Part shown: positions 24,901 to 39,900 of the stretch, piece after piece
Position numbering within the stretch: the stretch's first letter is position 1
Layout: every line of letters begins with the position of its first letter
Source of the DNA: Phoronis australis
Taxonomy: Eukaryota > Animalia > Phoronida
DNA length: 64,000 nt
Reading direction: 5' to 3'
NCBI GenBank assembly: GCA_002633005.1
Contig: NMRA01001025.1
Coordinates: forward strand, 4,893 to 68,892
Position numbers and translations under genes: made by a program
Notes under the pieces: generated by a model
The model's input: the letters and a program-made list of their open reading frames with translations, nothing else
What the model was told of the DNA's origin: nothing
The model's database searches: none

Positions 24901-27900
24901 AGAAGCAAATTTCTCGGTGCCAGCTTCGAACTCGACCATTCTTTCACTGTATAAATGCCATTGATTCGGTCAATAGCCTTTAACCTGAAAGAAGGTCGGG
25001 GTTAATGGCCGCAGAGTATCTGTCACCCATAGGTGAAGTTCCTCCCACGTTATTCCAGGGTTTAATCATCCGGGCAACGCTGATTGTTTTTTCCTGAAAG
25101 ATCGCGTGCTAAGTACATCGCACTGACCACGGACTCTCGCACGCAAAGTTAAAAAGATTTCATTTATGACTTCCATTTACAAATGACACCTCCACGCACC
25201 CCGATCACCTGCAGACAGCGCAGTATTGCCATACCCTTTGTAAATTCATTGCTTCGCTTTCCCTTTCGTGCGAGTATCCTGCAGTACGTTGTACAGTGTA
25301 CGTCAAATTAATCCACTAGAAGTACAATCACTAAATTTTTATAATAACAAACAGTTTTCAATTAGGCACCTCTCTAATGCTCCGCCTGTATTAAAAACAA
25401 CTATGGTTTACTTCTGGATGTTTGCAGACAGAAAAAATATCCAGCACATCCAACCGTCTGCGTACCTCAACAATAGAGTCGCCAACTAGAGTAACGTCGT
25501 CAGCAAATGGTATCAAAAACTATTTTCAAGGGAAACTTTAAAATACGCCAATTACTTCTTTGCACTTTGATAAATTTAGCGTCATTTTTAGAAAATGAAA
25601 CTAAAGTAAGAAATTTGAATATATTACAGTAACAGTTACGGCGTCGAGCGTACATTATCGAGAACGCAACGATAAATGTTCGACAGTTTACATGTACATG
25701 TATCAGTGAACGTGTTTGAGTACGATTCCAATTTTAAGCAAGACGATCTCTAGAGAAAAGTACCAATTTAACGATGTTTGAATGCTCTGACTGCATAATT
25801 AATGTCCCATTATGACTCGCACTTTATTAGAACGTCTATTATTACTTAGCAAAATTCTTTCACCATGTACATGTGTGTTGCTGTGACTTCATTTCTGTGT
25901 TTTTTTTTTGTTTGTTCGCATTCTTCAGGTCGCATTTTCGTCCGCACAAAATTCACTTACAACATCTAGTTCCGGAATATATGGAAGTCTATTGTTTTTG
26001 GTCACTATCGGATGCAAAATGGCGGACGTGGCGGCCATTTTGTTTTATAATTCAGATTCAAATGCTCACAGAGGCGGCAATTTTCAACGTAAACGGCTAA
26101 AAATCAGTGCGATATTGTAACGGACGTGTACGACAAAAGTGCCGTAAATCATTAACTTCCGGTTAAAGATGGCGGTAATATTGGCTATTGCGTTTGAGCA
26201 CCTCTATTTCAGAACGAAAACTTTTTGTCCTTTGGAGGGCGCATTGTAGAACCAATTGCTTCTAAAATTGTCATGCGTTAATTTCCCATCAGTAGCTATT
26301 TCCAAAAGCTTCTTTACCGGAAGTTGATTTCAAAATGGCGAAACTAGCGCATTTTCATCAATTTTCATTCGTGCCATTTTAAATGGGAGGAGCAAATGAC
26401 GTGAATTTTTGAAGGTTGATTTTCTGATGTATATTGTTTCAAAGGAATTGAAACCATTTATTCTCAGACTTACTGTTTTCAACGGACTTTCAAAAGAGGG
26501 CTTCTATTTTCCGATTAGACGTCTCGTTTCCAAATTATTCGGGATTTTCTGATCACACTGTTTCTTTGTTGACTGATTTTAGCTGCACTTTTATTGGTTT
26601 AACTTTTATTGAACAAGATTATATTTCTTACTCATTTCTGACATCTTCATTCGTCAAATGATTGTCATAATCATGTTCGTAATCTCCACCACCATCAACA
26701 TCATCATTGTCATCATCTCCATTTCCATTTCTCTCTTCAGTTAATTCGCCACGTGGCGCTTCTACGAGCGCTTTCATTTTTTATGTTTAGTTTAAAACCA
26801 AGCGTTACGTTATTCTTACTCAAATGTTAAACACTGAACGTAGTTTTGGGATTTCATATAAATCGACACAAGTTTTGGCGGAAATCCCAGACACGATTTT
26901 GGGCATTTTCAACCAACATTTCCATATCAATGTACCTTTCAAAAACACATTTTACTAAAAACGCATGGTCACCTAATCACAGGAATGTTGTGAATGACAT
27001 TAATAGATTCGATTACCAGTTTCGGAAAATGTACTTCTTGTGGGTTGGACGTTGCAACGTGAATATTTCAAGACGAATACAACATTTTAATTAGGTCCAA
27101 ACGTACCCGCAAGGTAGCATATTTGTTTTGTTGTGGAATGAAACTGAGTAGTTCAACGGAGAACCTCTCAAAGTTTAGACGCAAAAATTGTAGTCCATGA
27201 CTACAGGTAGGAGGAGCCAGGCGGCTCTTCAACGTCGGGAACGTTGCTTATATAGTATGTCCATTAGTCATGGGTTATAATTTTTGCATCTGATTATTTA
27301 CCTGGATGAATAACATCTATCGCCTAATCAACAATAAGTTTGCCAACAGTTGCCATGTCATAGCGCAAATATTGAGAGAATGGGGAAAATTCGCTTTTTA
27401 AAACTATTTCAAATGAAAAACGAAGAACCGCGAGTCGTTTTTCTAACCTCGTTACTTTCTGTTTTTCTTTTCTCGTGTGTTTGAGGACTGATACCCTGTA
27501 AAATGATAGAGTTTCGTAAATGGTAACAACAGTTATATTTTACGTCATTGTTACACCTTACGTTGCTAGGCATCTCCTAAAATGTATCAAGTTGTTTCAT
27601 TTCACGTAAGTGTTACAATTTACGTCGAATGCACATGCGACTGAGAAATCTAACATTGTTACATTTTACGAAAGCAACGTCATATTTCATGAGTGTGCAT
27701 TTACAGTTACATTTTACGTTATTGTTACGTGTTACGTTGCTTGGCCCCTCCTAAAATGTAATAAGTTATTACATTTTATGTAATTGTTACAACTTACGTC
27801 GAATGCATATTTGACAAAGTGTTTTTGTTACGAAAGCGGCGTCATATTTCATGAGTTCACATGGTATTTGTCATACGGAGAAAAACGGTTCACACACTTG

Positions 27901-30900
27901 AGGCCTTGAATTGTTTGAACGAAATTCTGACAAAATGTGCCACATCAAATTCATAGATGTGTCCCTATGTGATTTCCATTGTTTTTTAACATGAATGGTT
28001 TCTCAGTGTAGTCAAAACTGTACCCCGTGCAGTTTCAACTCCAGCCGAAAGGAGTTTCCGGGATCAGGTAACAAGTTTGTAATTGTTGGCGCTCACAGGT
28101 TCTAAACCAATTGTGTATCCGGCACTACAGTAATCAGACTCCCCTTGGTAAGCACTGCAGAAAAAAATGACATCGTATTTTGGTTAACACGTATCGCATT
28201 TCTTTGGAAAAAATGACCACAACAAAAAATTTCACAGAGAATTCAATTTCGGAAGCCAATTTGACAGAAAACTCACCCGTTATAGTAAACGATAATTTGA
28301 TTTATTTCAGCCAATGCTTTAAAGTCATCGCTAATGTCACCGATGTTCGGAACATTTTTTTTATGAAGCATGCCATTCCAACGGACTACAAAAAACAATT
28401 TCTCTTTCTATTATCTCTTAAAGTAAAATATCAACTAAAATTGTTATTTGATCAATATTCCTTGCTCCGAAGTACATACATGTATCTAAAGACACAGATT
28501 GGATATTCTACTATTAAAGGACGAGAGGCCACGTGTCTCACTAGGCGCCATTTTTGTGTTGCAGCTCGCTGTCAACAACGCGCGTGGTTTTAAGCAGATA
28601 AGGGAATTTGGTGTATTAACCCTTTTGCTACATCGCATGAAAAGCATATACTGGACATCGCTAATTTCGACGTTAGCCGTTTTATTGTTCCATACAATCA
28701 ACTTTCAATGAAACCTAGTTCAAATCCCGCACTGTGTTCTTTTAAGAATATGGGGCCTGTTCCATATAAAGTTGTTGTGTGTTTTGTATGTCCGTTACCA
28801 GCTACTGTAATGACCCGGTCACCGCAGCCACACCCGACTAGTCACCAGTTTCCTGAAAAGTGTGTGCCTCCGCAATTTTTGAAATCTCACGTACTATGAA
28901 AAGGAACAATTTTTTCAACAAGAGACAAAAATGATAACACGTTGGGTACCTCACGTTTATATGTAAGTCCAAGTAAATGATTACAGTCTGAATTCAGTTC
29001 GTGGCAAACAACAGAAGGATATAGTAAACTACAAACAATGCCGAACCTGCCGATAGTTCAGAAAGACTCAATTTTCGAAGTTGGCGCACGTCTAAACAAG
29101 ATTTTAAATTTCAAACTCCTCGTCTGCAAAACGTAGGCTCACTCTGCATCTGCAGCTGTCACTGCGTTTCTCACAAAGGTTGAAGGTAGAAACCCTTGGG
29201 TAGTTATCTAAACTTTCGGGAGGCACTCTTCGTCCAGAGATACTCGAGTACCCCAGGCCGTGTCGGATTCCACTTGCTCGTGATTTTGGTCATTTACTTT
29301 GTGATATGACGTTGGTTCCGTAAAACGTACATTCGACGTAAATCTAACAAATGCGTAAGACGTAACAACTTCTTACATTTTAGGATAGGTTTGCCAACGT
29401 AAAACGTAACAATGACTTAAAATATGTAACAGTTGTTACATTTTACGGCGTATCAGAAGACAGGTGTTGCACTTTTAACTTTGTATTCCGTCAGTGACTT
29501 TTTGAACATAGTGAGAGTTTTCAATGATGTAGCTTTGAACGTTGTAAAGTCATCAAGGTCCCGTGTTCTGTGACAGTGCGCGTGGCGTGTTCATGACAAT
29601 ATAGCCATCGTTTAACAATGTTCATTGTAGTACTCATGAACAACCACATCGACGAGAGTGGTGACCTAGTGACGGAAAAACTTTCATCTTTTAATTTACA
29701 GAAGCCAACACCTCGTGCCTCACTAAGAGACCCAAGCATGGATGACGCTGACGTAGTTATCGTTGGCGGTGGGATACTGGGATCTGCCTTAGCTATTGTC
29801 TTGGCGCGTAATGGACGTCGAGTTGCCGTCATTGAGAAGAGTATGGGCGAAGTCGAAAGCATCGCGGGAGAAGTTCTCATGCCAGGCGGAATCAGGGCTT
29901 TAAACAAACTTGGTCTCGGAGGTAAGTGTTAACAAGATATGTACCCCTGTATCATCTCCGCCAGCCTGAGGGTTTGTAGCCTCACTACGCGCTTCCAGGG
30001 GGGCTCGGGGGCTCGAACGAAGTAGACAGAAAGATCCACCCCAGAGAACAAAATGTCCGAGAAACCGAGACAAAAGTCCACTTAAAAGGCAAGAACTACC
30101 AAAATTCGGCGAACACACAATTACAGCTCTGAAGGTACCTCGTTTTCCTTCAAAGAATTCGAGCCCCCTGGGTGCGCGCATGCTACGACACGCGGGTCGC
30201 AAACGGCACTCCTATGGATCATGTTTTGTGCTGCTCAGCAGCTAATGTAAGCCACTGTGTTTGTTTTTTCTAGTCTGAGAATAATTTCCTCCAATTTACA
30301 CACCGTTTACAGTCGTCCGATCACTGAGAAGGCAAAGCGGACGTCTCATTCGTCGTCTGAAAAAAATCACGAACTCTCGCTAACGTCTGATCTCCTTTCT
30401 TGTCGTCTGAGTCTATTTCAGACGTTCCCTAACTTTTCTTTGCATTAAAACTGACTCTCGTTACGACCCTGGTTTTCAGAGGCCTTATTCCAATCTTTCT
30501 TTTATTAACCGCTATCCTCGTGCTTTTGCCCGGTGTTAGGCAAACGTAAATTATCTGCCACGCATATTGAATACTAACACGCATCGACTCAAACTGTTGT
30601 CAAGAAATAAAACCCATCGTATTTCTCCCCCTAAAGGAGGATTCTATCGTAACTAGGGGAATTATCAATTTTATGAGCCAAAAACTTCAAACCAATTACC
30701 AGTTTCTGTCCTTAACATTCCAATTTATTTCAGCCAGTATCTCATTGTCCAACGTACATCGCTAGTACCACACGCTTTGTTTTCCTGCTAATGAAAGCCT
30801 AAATTCCAATGATGATATTTATAGTTAGGCTCTGCCTCCCCTAGTGACCGTACCTGACTAGCGTGAAATATCAGTATTTTGCAAATTAAGGTGACATCAA

Positions 30901-33900
30901 ACCCGTGCTTGAATTGTTCCGTGGTCAAACAAGAGGTCGTTGTTCCATGGTCAAATTCAGAGAGGTCATTTGAGGACGCCGAACGGAGTTCCGGTTCAGA
31001 GTTGTTATTGCATAGACCTAGCTCACAAGAAAACTTCATGTCACACCGTGTCACTAACGTCAGCCCCATCCCGCATGCCGTGCATTTGTCGTCATATTGT
31101 ATTGCTTTCGTAGGTAAGGTAACTAAGTACACCGTTAACGGACTCATAAACACGTTACGGACACATGAACACGACTCGCGTACCTGCAAACTCCGTTCAC
31201 TGACTCACAGACACGGGAACGAATTCACAGAACACGATCCATTCACCCAAATACACGGCACACGAACCCACCTTCACGAAGAAACACGGTTAACGGACCG
31301 CCAAACACGACGGTTCACGGACAAAATGTAGATGTCAGCTCCGGCTGACCAATGAAGCCGATGAGTCCGTGACCCGTGTTTATGACACGCTTTATCGGAG
31401 TGAACCCGCGTTTAGTGGCGGTCGGTTAACCGTGTTTCTTCGTGAATGTGAGTCCGTGTCCTGTGTATTTGGGTGAATGGATCGTTTTTGTGAGTCCGTT
31501 CCCGTGTTTGTGAGTCAGTGAAGGGTGTTTGCAGGTTCGCTAGTCGTGTTCATGAGTCCATGACCGTGTTTATGAGTCCGTTAACCGTATAGTTTAGGTA
31601 CCTTTGTTGATAGGGCATTTCGAGTCGTGACTAGATGTTATACTCCCACATGATTAGTTGGCTATGTAACAACAGAATACATGTAATCATATCATACGTT
31701 ATTTCGCTACAGACTTTTAAATGTGAAAATGGACACTAGTCAAGGCTGGTTAACACAGGAAATTTTACTGGTAACCACCTGAAAATGTGATACTAACATC
31801 TGCATTTATTTAGCCCAGTGGCCACTGTAAGATAATTTCAGTGGTTGGGTATATCAGCCAAAGGTGTATGTAACCAGAAAAGAAACGGCAACAAAACGTT
31901 CATTCTCGTTGGTTGCTAGGTGTTTTAAGGGCAACAAGACTTTTAAGCGCTTTGGGTTAAAAAAATATTACCGTGCTCATCAGTTCTTATTATCGAGTGA
32001 TCCGGAAACTCAAGTCACAGTTAGTGCGTATTATGAGCCAATTTGGATTCCGCAACTTTAGGGTTGGTCAACCCCAATAGACTGTCTATCTCTGACGCGT
32101 TTCATTGAGTCAATGATTGTTTCGATGTTCTTGTTGGTAACGGAAATAGAGTCTTACCAAAACAAAGAATACTGTCAAATCTTGACGATAGCAAGTAGCA
32201 GCATATGTTAATACTGAAAAACCAACGGATTTAAACCGGCTTGAAATGTTTCGGCGTTTCTTGAAACACAAACTATTGGAGATACTAAATATATTAATGA
32301 CAACCATCGGTATGTGTGTCCTGAACCGACGTATTTACCATAATGTTGAAAAGGCAAAAAAACAGAACCATCAAATTGCATGAAAATCAGCTCAAGAAGC
32401 TGACCCGTAACACTGTATTACCCTTCCCTTCCGATGAGACCATTAAAAATTTGTGAAATTCTGAGAGATGTTTCACAATTTAGACGTGTAAAAGCAGATT
32501 CTACACTAACTAGAGAAGGACAGCTACAGAGGATTTTACGAAAAATTAAGAATGATGGTAGTTTAGATGCTGAAATTTACAACCATTTGTATCCACAAGG
32601 TTCGCAGCCAGGTAGAGTATATGGTCCACCAAAAATGCACAATTAGACCAATTTAGCGCTTGCATAAGTAATCCATTAATTATGTTCACCTGTGAAAACT
32701 ATTAACAAAAGACACAAGCACTTTTATTCAGTAAACATGATTAACCCATACTTCAGCACAACAGTAAATAAGCCAGATACAAATGTAAACTTACGTCGAT
32801 CCGATACAGTTGATGACCGCATGACGACTCAATTTTTGATTGGCTCCCCTCATGCCCATACCCATCTGATCAAACCTGCCAGATTGTCATTTCCGGGCTC
32901 TAAGAGTGTCTAGAGCGATATATAGTTGCATGTGACGTAACATGGCACACGGACATCTGCGTGATCTTGACAAAATCACCGACAGAGGAAGGGAAGAAGG
33001 GAGAGGTGGACGGGGGGTCGGACAGACAGACAGACGATAGGCGTACATGTAGTATAGACGGAGGGAGGGACAGGAAGACAGACGGGAGTGTTGAGGCACT
33101 CATCAGGCACATCTTTCTTCACTTTTTTGGTATTTAACACCACAAATATTTCCTTTTAGACTTAATCCGTGAAATTAAAGGCGCGAGTCCCTTGAAGAAA
33201 GTTGCGCAATCCCACGAGAAAGAGTCCGTCTGGGAATTTACACTTCCACGACCTGCCTTGGGTTTTCACCACGAAAAGTTTGTGACGGCGTTGCGTGAAC
33301 GAGCAGCGTTGGAAAAGAAGTAAGTAAAAATCATGGAGGATATTTAATCTGACACATATATGTAAGTATTATCACATTTTGATATTGGCAACTGTATCTC
33401 TATAACATGCACCTCTTATGACCGAAGTAAAAGGCCGAACTAGCTCAATGCCTTTCACAAGCACGCACTCTTTGGTCGATCTCGTGGAAGTGACCCTCCT
33501 CCTCCCCCGATCTCCGAGGCGTGTACGTGTGTAGCAACACATTTGTCCATGAAATCAATTGCTGGGCGATGGTCGATATATCAATATATCAATTACAGTG
33601 AGATTTACCTAATTGAAAATGTCAGCAGCTATCCCAGGGTTGCGTTCGTCATAACAAAACACATGCGAAAACGCAAGATCACGCAATTCTTTGTTTATTT
33701 CGAGATATCGCCGGTTATTACAAGCAATCACATTCCGCGAGTTTCGTATGGAACGTACCTTAGTATTTTCATACAGATGTCAAGATTTTACGAGTGGGAG
33801 AACGCGTTTTTATGTATTTCGCATTTTACGGCACGGTGCACTCATATTATTATGTTGAGAAGAGTCTAGGAACTCACATTTTAACTCTTGAGAAACTCTA

Positions 33901-36900
33901 GAGATTTTTTAGAACATCATAATGTAGTGGAATTTTACATTTGACTCGGCACTGTGGAAGACTGTTGTGCTTTCTCAATACTTACAGCGTCACGTTTGTG
34001 GAGGGCACTGTCACTGACGTTATCGAGGTTGAAAACGGAATAATAAATGGCGTCAAGTGCAGGACAGAAAATGAAGGTAACCTCGTGACGGTAAGTTGTG
34101 GCCTATACACCAACTTCAGTTTCCCTTCAAAATTGGAAAGCATTTCTTGCATGGTACAACACCATCAACATGTAGTCCACATAACCATGCAGACTGAGAT
34201 CCATTCGGTATGCAAATATAACAAATTTTCTTTGGTGCCACAGTGCCCCACTGATATCCCCATATATGACCACCTGGCAGGTTACCTTTGGTGAGTGTGG
34301 TCAGCGGAATCTTAAGAATGACACAGCAGTTGAGTTAGATTGTCTTTTTTAATTACCACTGCCCGAGCACTAGCATACGTTTTCTGTGGTTGAGGGGTTT
34401 TCCCCTCCACTAGTCATGCCTAAACCACGGAGATGAGCTATAACTGTTTCCGCTTCATAAGCGAAGATTTCTCTTTGTACAAGAGTGGCTAAAGTCTCGA
34501 GTACACGGGAGCAAGCGGCATTAATTAATGCATGCGATTTTGTAGTCAATGAGCCTGCTCAAGCACTGAGCTACAGATCCACCGAAACTGCTTCATAGAT
34601 TTTGTGAGATGGACATAAATCATACGAAATTCCTAGTTTGGGTGCGAATACTTGTTGGATGTTCTAGTACTAATCAAGTTAAATAATTCCTTTTGGTACT
34701 TATGAGATCATAAACGCTTCGCTTCACCTTTTTGTAAGAATGGTGACAGTGGTGGATCTAGGATATCACAAAGGGGGGCAACATTTTGTCCGGCTGTAAG
34801 CATTTGCGCCAACCACTATTGTAGATGCGCATAGCACCGAATGTGGAAAATTTTTCTGTTTTTCCTCTAAAAATCAAGCGTTTTCCTTGATTCCTGAACT
34901 ATTATCCATGAAAAAAGGCATCAAAAACATGGAGAACGTGTCAAACAGGAAAAACTGCAAGTATCACAGACTCGTAGACCGCCACGATTTACCTCCTAAT
35001 CTGATACTAAGAGACCTACTAAATTGTTTATGGTCTACAGCGTTTGCGCGCGAAACCTACTTCATTTTGTAATGCTTATTACACGTGTTATTTTTTGTGC
35101 AATCGGTTCTTAACAAAATTGTTGTATTTAAACTAGTCTTTAAATGCCCAAAAGACCAAATCCGTTTTTCGTGTTGGCAATAATGACGGGATTGCTTTGG
35201 AAATCGTTTTAAGTTAAAGTTTGACAAAGAGAGAATTATGAGTTTCTGAGTGATTCACTAAGGCTTCGATTAAAATTCACATCTTACCAGCAGCTTCTGT
35301 ATTTTCATCGTCACTCAGGTTCCATTTTTTAAAATGAAGTAAATGTTTTTCATTGCACAGTGGAGCAGTCGACGGAAACGGAGTCGTAGTGCGCAGCGCC
35401 ACTGCCGGTCGCCTTGGATATGGCGGGAGAGCCTATACTTAGCCATAGTTCCGTTACGAATCCGCTGTGTTTCGAATTTGACACTAAAACTGCACACATT
35501 TAAATCTTGTTTCATCCGTATAATTTTAATTAACGGGGTTAATTAATCAACTCAACATGTCCCTACGCTCTTGCTGTTTTATATTTTTGCGGCAGCCAAG
35601 GGGGGGCGGGCGGGCCCCCTGGGCACCCCTAAATCCGCTTATGTGATGAATCATGTTATATGTCAGTCATCTTGTGCTAACCGACTTTGACCTAATGACG
35701 TCATCTGCCAGCCAACCTAGTGAATGCCTTAGTATACGAGTTTAGCACCAGGTGAAAATTTTGAATGAATATTGGAGTGACAAGCAATCAGTAAAACGTA
35801 GAAGCTTCGAGTGAATAAGAACTCTTTTTGTGCAGTTATTTTCACTTTCATAATTTCTGCAGATAAATCCAAGGCGATCGCAATTGGAACGTGTGCTGGT
35901 CAATTGTGTACAACGCAAGTGTGAAAATATATGTAAACGTATGTCACTGAATTCTATATCTACATATATGTCAGTGAATCTTACCTACACTTTCAACCTT
36001 CTAACTCTGTTGAGATTGAGGGCCAATTTTATCGTTTCAGGAGTTCCACGCAGCTGTCACAGTTGTTGCCGATGGACGATTTTCAAAGTTTCGTAAGCAG
36101 TTCATGACTAAAAAACCAGTAAGTAACTACGTGGTCGTCGGCACTCTTTTGGATGGAGAAAACTCCACGGAGGACGCCCATCAAATTCATTTTTACTCTT
36201 TCGACGATCTCTCGTGCTACATGTTAGTGTACGACATTTCTGACACGGACCGCCGCGCCATGCTCTTCGCAGCCGATGGAACTTCGAAGAACATGAAGGA
36301 ATTTATAGCCGATGTCATTGCCCCTAGGTTGCCTGGTAAGTGAATTTTTGTTGATAGCAATTCAGCGATGCACCCTTGAACGCCTTAAAGTGTGAGTTTA
36401 AAAGGAGATTTATTCACGAGATGCGATGAAATTTTGATTTTGCGGAACTTTTTTCGTGTTCAATTTTAGCCAGTTGCGACTTTAGGTCAATACTTTTTAA
36501 GGTAAACCGATATTACACCCTGCGTGCTTTGTATCAAAAATACCTACGTTTTGATTTATACCAATTTCTGTATAAGGTTGGTCTTATCTTGTTCTGTACA
36601 CGCTTTAGAAGAGATTTCTGGGATCGGTAAGAACAGATTTCTTCAGTCAAACACGTGACGTTTCAGGTCGCGGCAAAGCTTCCTCGGGCAAATATGCACC
36701 GTATGGAGTAGCCTAGACATTTGTGAGCTAGACTTAAGGCAGCTTGAGGAAAAAATAGGGATCGCTTATCTTGAACACGAACCAGTTGTCTACTTTCACG
36801 TCGCACGAACTCCAATATATGAAGTTCGTTCAAGAAACGGGAATATAAATCAGTTTTCTTCCAACAGGGAGTACTGAAACGAAACAATTTCCGAGCAAGA

Positions 36901-39900
36901 AACCCGAATCCGGTGTTGTTGTGAGTCTCAGTGTTACGCTTTTGGAGGCGTTGTTTGATTTATTACCAGGTCATTCATACTTGTAGTAAATGTCAACTTT
37001 TGATGTGAACATCAACAGTAATACCCCACCAACATGTTGAACTTAGGTGGAAACAAACATGCACTAATCGGAAAAGAAAGCTCACGTCCACGGTACCTCT
37101 GCGAGTCTTCTACGGGAGTCATGTTTGAGTTTGAATTATTAATATCACCCGTTCCTCGACTCAGACAACGTAATGAGTCGCAATATTGCTTTTTCAGACA
37201 TAAAGACGACCCTCGAAGAAAAGGTCATTTAAAATCGTGTCATGCTTGAAATGTAGAAATGCGGCATGTTTTCATTGAAAAAGCAGTCACAATAAAAAGA
37301 CACTACCTCAATACAGAACGTACCTTATGGCCCTCATGACTCATGTTCTGGTAGTGTCCAGAACACTGCGGGTGTCTTAGTAGGAAGCCTCCCGATTCAA
37401 ATCGAAATAAACCCTCAGGAAACGCCTGTACCGTCACTCATGTTCATGGACCGCTACCATGTGAATATTTGTTTTTCCTCAAAACCCGAAAATTGTGTAT
37501 CTTTTCTTTGAAAATCCTCGTTTTTTGACTTGAAGAATTCAAAAATCCTATGAAAATTCTTGTTTAGATTGTGATTTATAAAAAATCTGGAACCGTCATG
37601 TGTGGTACTTGTTCTTCAGAGAAGGCACTTGTTCATTTTCAGAGTCAATTATTCATACTGTTCTCTTCACATTTGCTCCAAGTGAAACAATTCAGCAAAT
37701 TCCACCCCTGTAAGACTACTATTGTACATGTACATGTATAATCAGCATATCACTTTGTATAGTGTAGGGTAGATTTTTAAGAGTCACGACATCACGAACA
37801 CATTTGCTGTCTTCACTTGTGATTTCCAAAAGCTGAGTAATTGATTCTTGCTATGGTTTTTTTAATATCAGAGAGATTGCAAGCACCACTACGAGATGGC
37901 CTAGTGAAGAACGGGATTCGAACATGCAGGGCGAATTACCTTCCAACAGATCGTGTGTTCACGCCCGGCCTTCTTGTGTTGGGTGACGCATTGAGCATGC
38001 GCCATCCTGTGACTGGAAGTGGAATGACCGTATGCTTGGATGACATCAAACTGTGGGTAGAACTGATGTCGGAAATACCGAATCTCTACGACTACCAAGG
38101 AATGAAAGAAGCAACAAGGACTTTTTACGAACAGCGCATGCATCGTGTATTTACCATAAGCTGCCTAGCTGAAATTTGGAACGGCGTGTTTTCTAGCACT
38201 GATGGTAAGCAGACGACTCTCAATACATACTGGCAAAGATTGTCTTTGTGAATTAAATGTCGATTATATTTACACAGGTATGCTACGTGCGTTCTTATTT
38301 TTCCATAAATTGTGTAGGCAAACTGGGATTTGATATAACATCTTCTACAATGTAGCTTACCTGAAGCAACTGAAGTTGGGGATGATAAACTACTTAAAAC
38401 TGGGTGGCAAGTGTGCAGAAGAACCCGTACTAATGTTGGCGGGGTAAGTATGTAGTCGCGTTTTTCTTTCTCGGTCAGGGTAGCGTTCCCTGTCACCAGT
38501 CACTCGCGAGACATTTGAGGCGAGGGTTCTTAGTAAATGCTACTGAATAATGTCTTTTTCCGGTAATTTATGGCTGTCTGACCTAGCCATCCACTCGCTT
38601 CAGTGGAGGTCATAGCTAGTGTAAGGTGGGAAGGTCATGAACTCACTCCCGAAACTCCAGTCTTTCACTAGTGTGATATTGCGTGAACTGATCGGTAAAC
38701 AGCGTTTTTGAAATAAGTCGCATACAGTATATGCAATAAAACAAAGGCAACGCTATGAGATAAAATTTTGTTTGCAATTATAACCTGTTCGGAACATATC
38801 ATGAACCTCTGTTTTACAATAGAATACAAAATATATTGGAGAGAATGCAAGTTTTGCATCAAAATATAATCTAAAAAGATTTACATGCTTCTATCCACAA
38901 AAGAACTGTCAACACCTTCAGTAGTACCACCTGCCTTGTGTTGATTCTTGTGATCAGAATATATACCCACTGTCATGGTAACTATTTATTCAATTAGTAA
39001 AATTATTCTACAGGTAATTTTGCACCCTTTTGCCAGTGCCAAATTATTCTCTTTAGCGGTTGAAGAACAGCGGAGTTGCGAAAAGTTTTAGTGACAGTAA
39101 GTTCCATACCAAATACAAACACCGGAACAAAGGAATGCAAACAAATTCCACGCATACGGGGCGCAACCTCAGTAGCGCGAGATCGAAGTTGGCATTCAAG
39201 GGCTAGAGTTGGATGCTCTTGTTTTTTATCGCATTGTAAAAAGGACAAGTGGCCTGATTTACTGTCATAATGTATATGTATGGAAAAATATTTTAGTTTA
39301 AGTGTTAATGAGACAAAAACTATAAGGAATAATTTCACTACGCCTGATGTGTTCGTGTAAGCTGCCAACAGAACTCCGAAGAAGCCTACGGGTCTGCACG
39401 AAATTGAAAGAACATTTAGTTGCCGGTAAGCCGTGAATAACAGAAATTTGTGAAACCCAGAAATTTTAAAAGTTATTGCGTTGTGCTCCCGACACTAGAA
39501 TAGTTTCTCATCGCTTTCATTTAATAAAGTTCAGTTTAATGAACTCTTCCCATTTAAGTGCCATCTTTTGGCCACTTTGCGTTTTCAATTAATTAATCGT
39601 AGTTCTTCATTAGTGGACAACGGTGAATTTTGGTTTTAAAGTTTTTCACGTTAATATGTTTCTAGTTCACTTTAAAGTCAATTTATTCATCACGGAGAGC
39701 AATAGCCTAGGAGAGCACTGCTTTGAGTTAAAAAAATTTGCTAAAGAGCAATGTGCTGGGCTGTCTTTGTGCCGTTTTTTTACAGTTTAAGCAGCAACAA
39801 GATCGGTGTCGGTTTGCTTCAAAGTGCGCTGCCGGTAGCCACATAACTTGCCTCTATATCACGTTGATCTTGATATCACACTAAGGTGATGAAGAAACTA

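Noticed and set aside
30879-31113. ORF segment KQEVVVPWSNS resembling the SQLE EV.IPY region, followed by GTAAG
   Set aside because: No suitable phase-1 acceptor upstream of the motif and an in-frame stop just 5'. Exon 33160-33319 already joins exon 2 in phase and supplies this region.
38278-38355. Alternative acceptor TTTACACAG at 38277 for exon 7
   Set aside because: Using it with phase 1 introduces an in-frame stop (TAA). The 38356 acceptor gives a clean SQLE-like reading.
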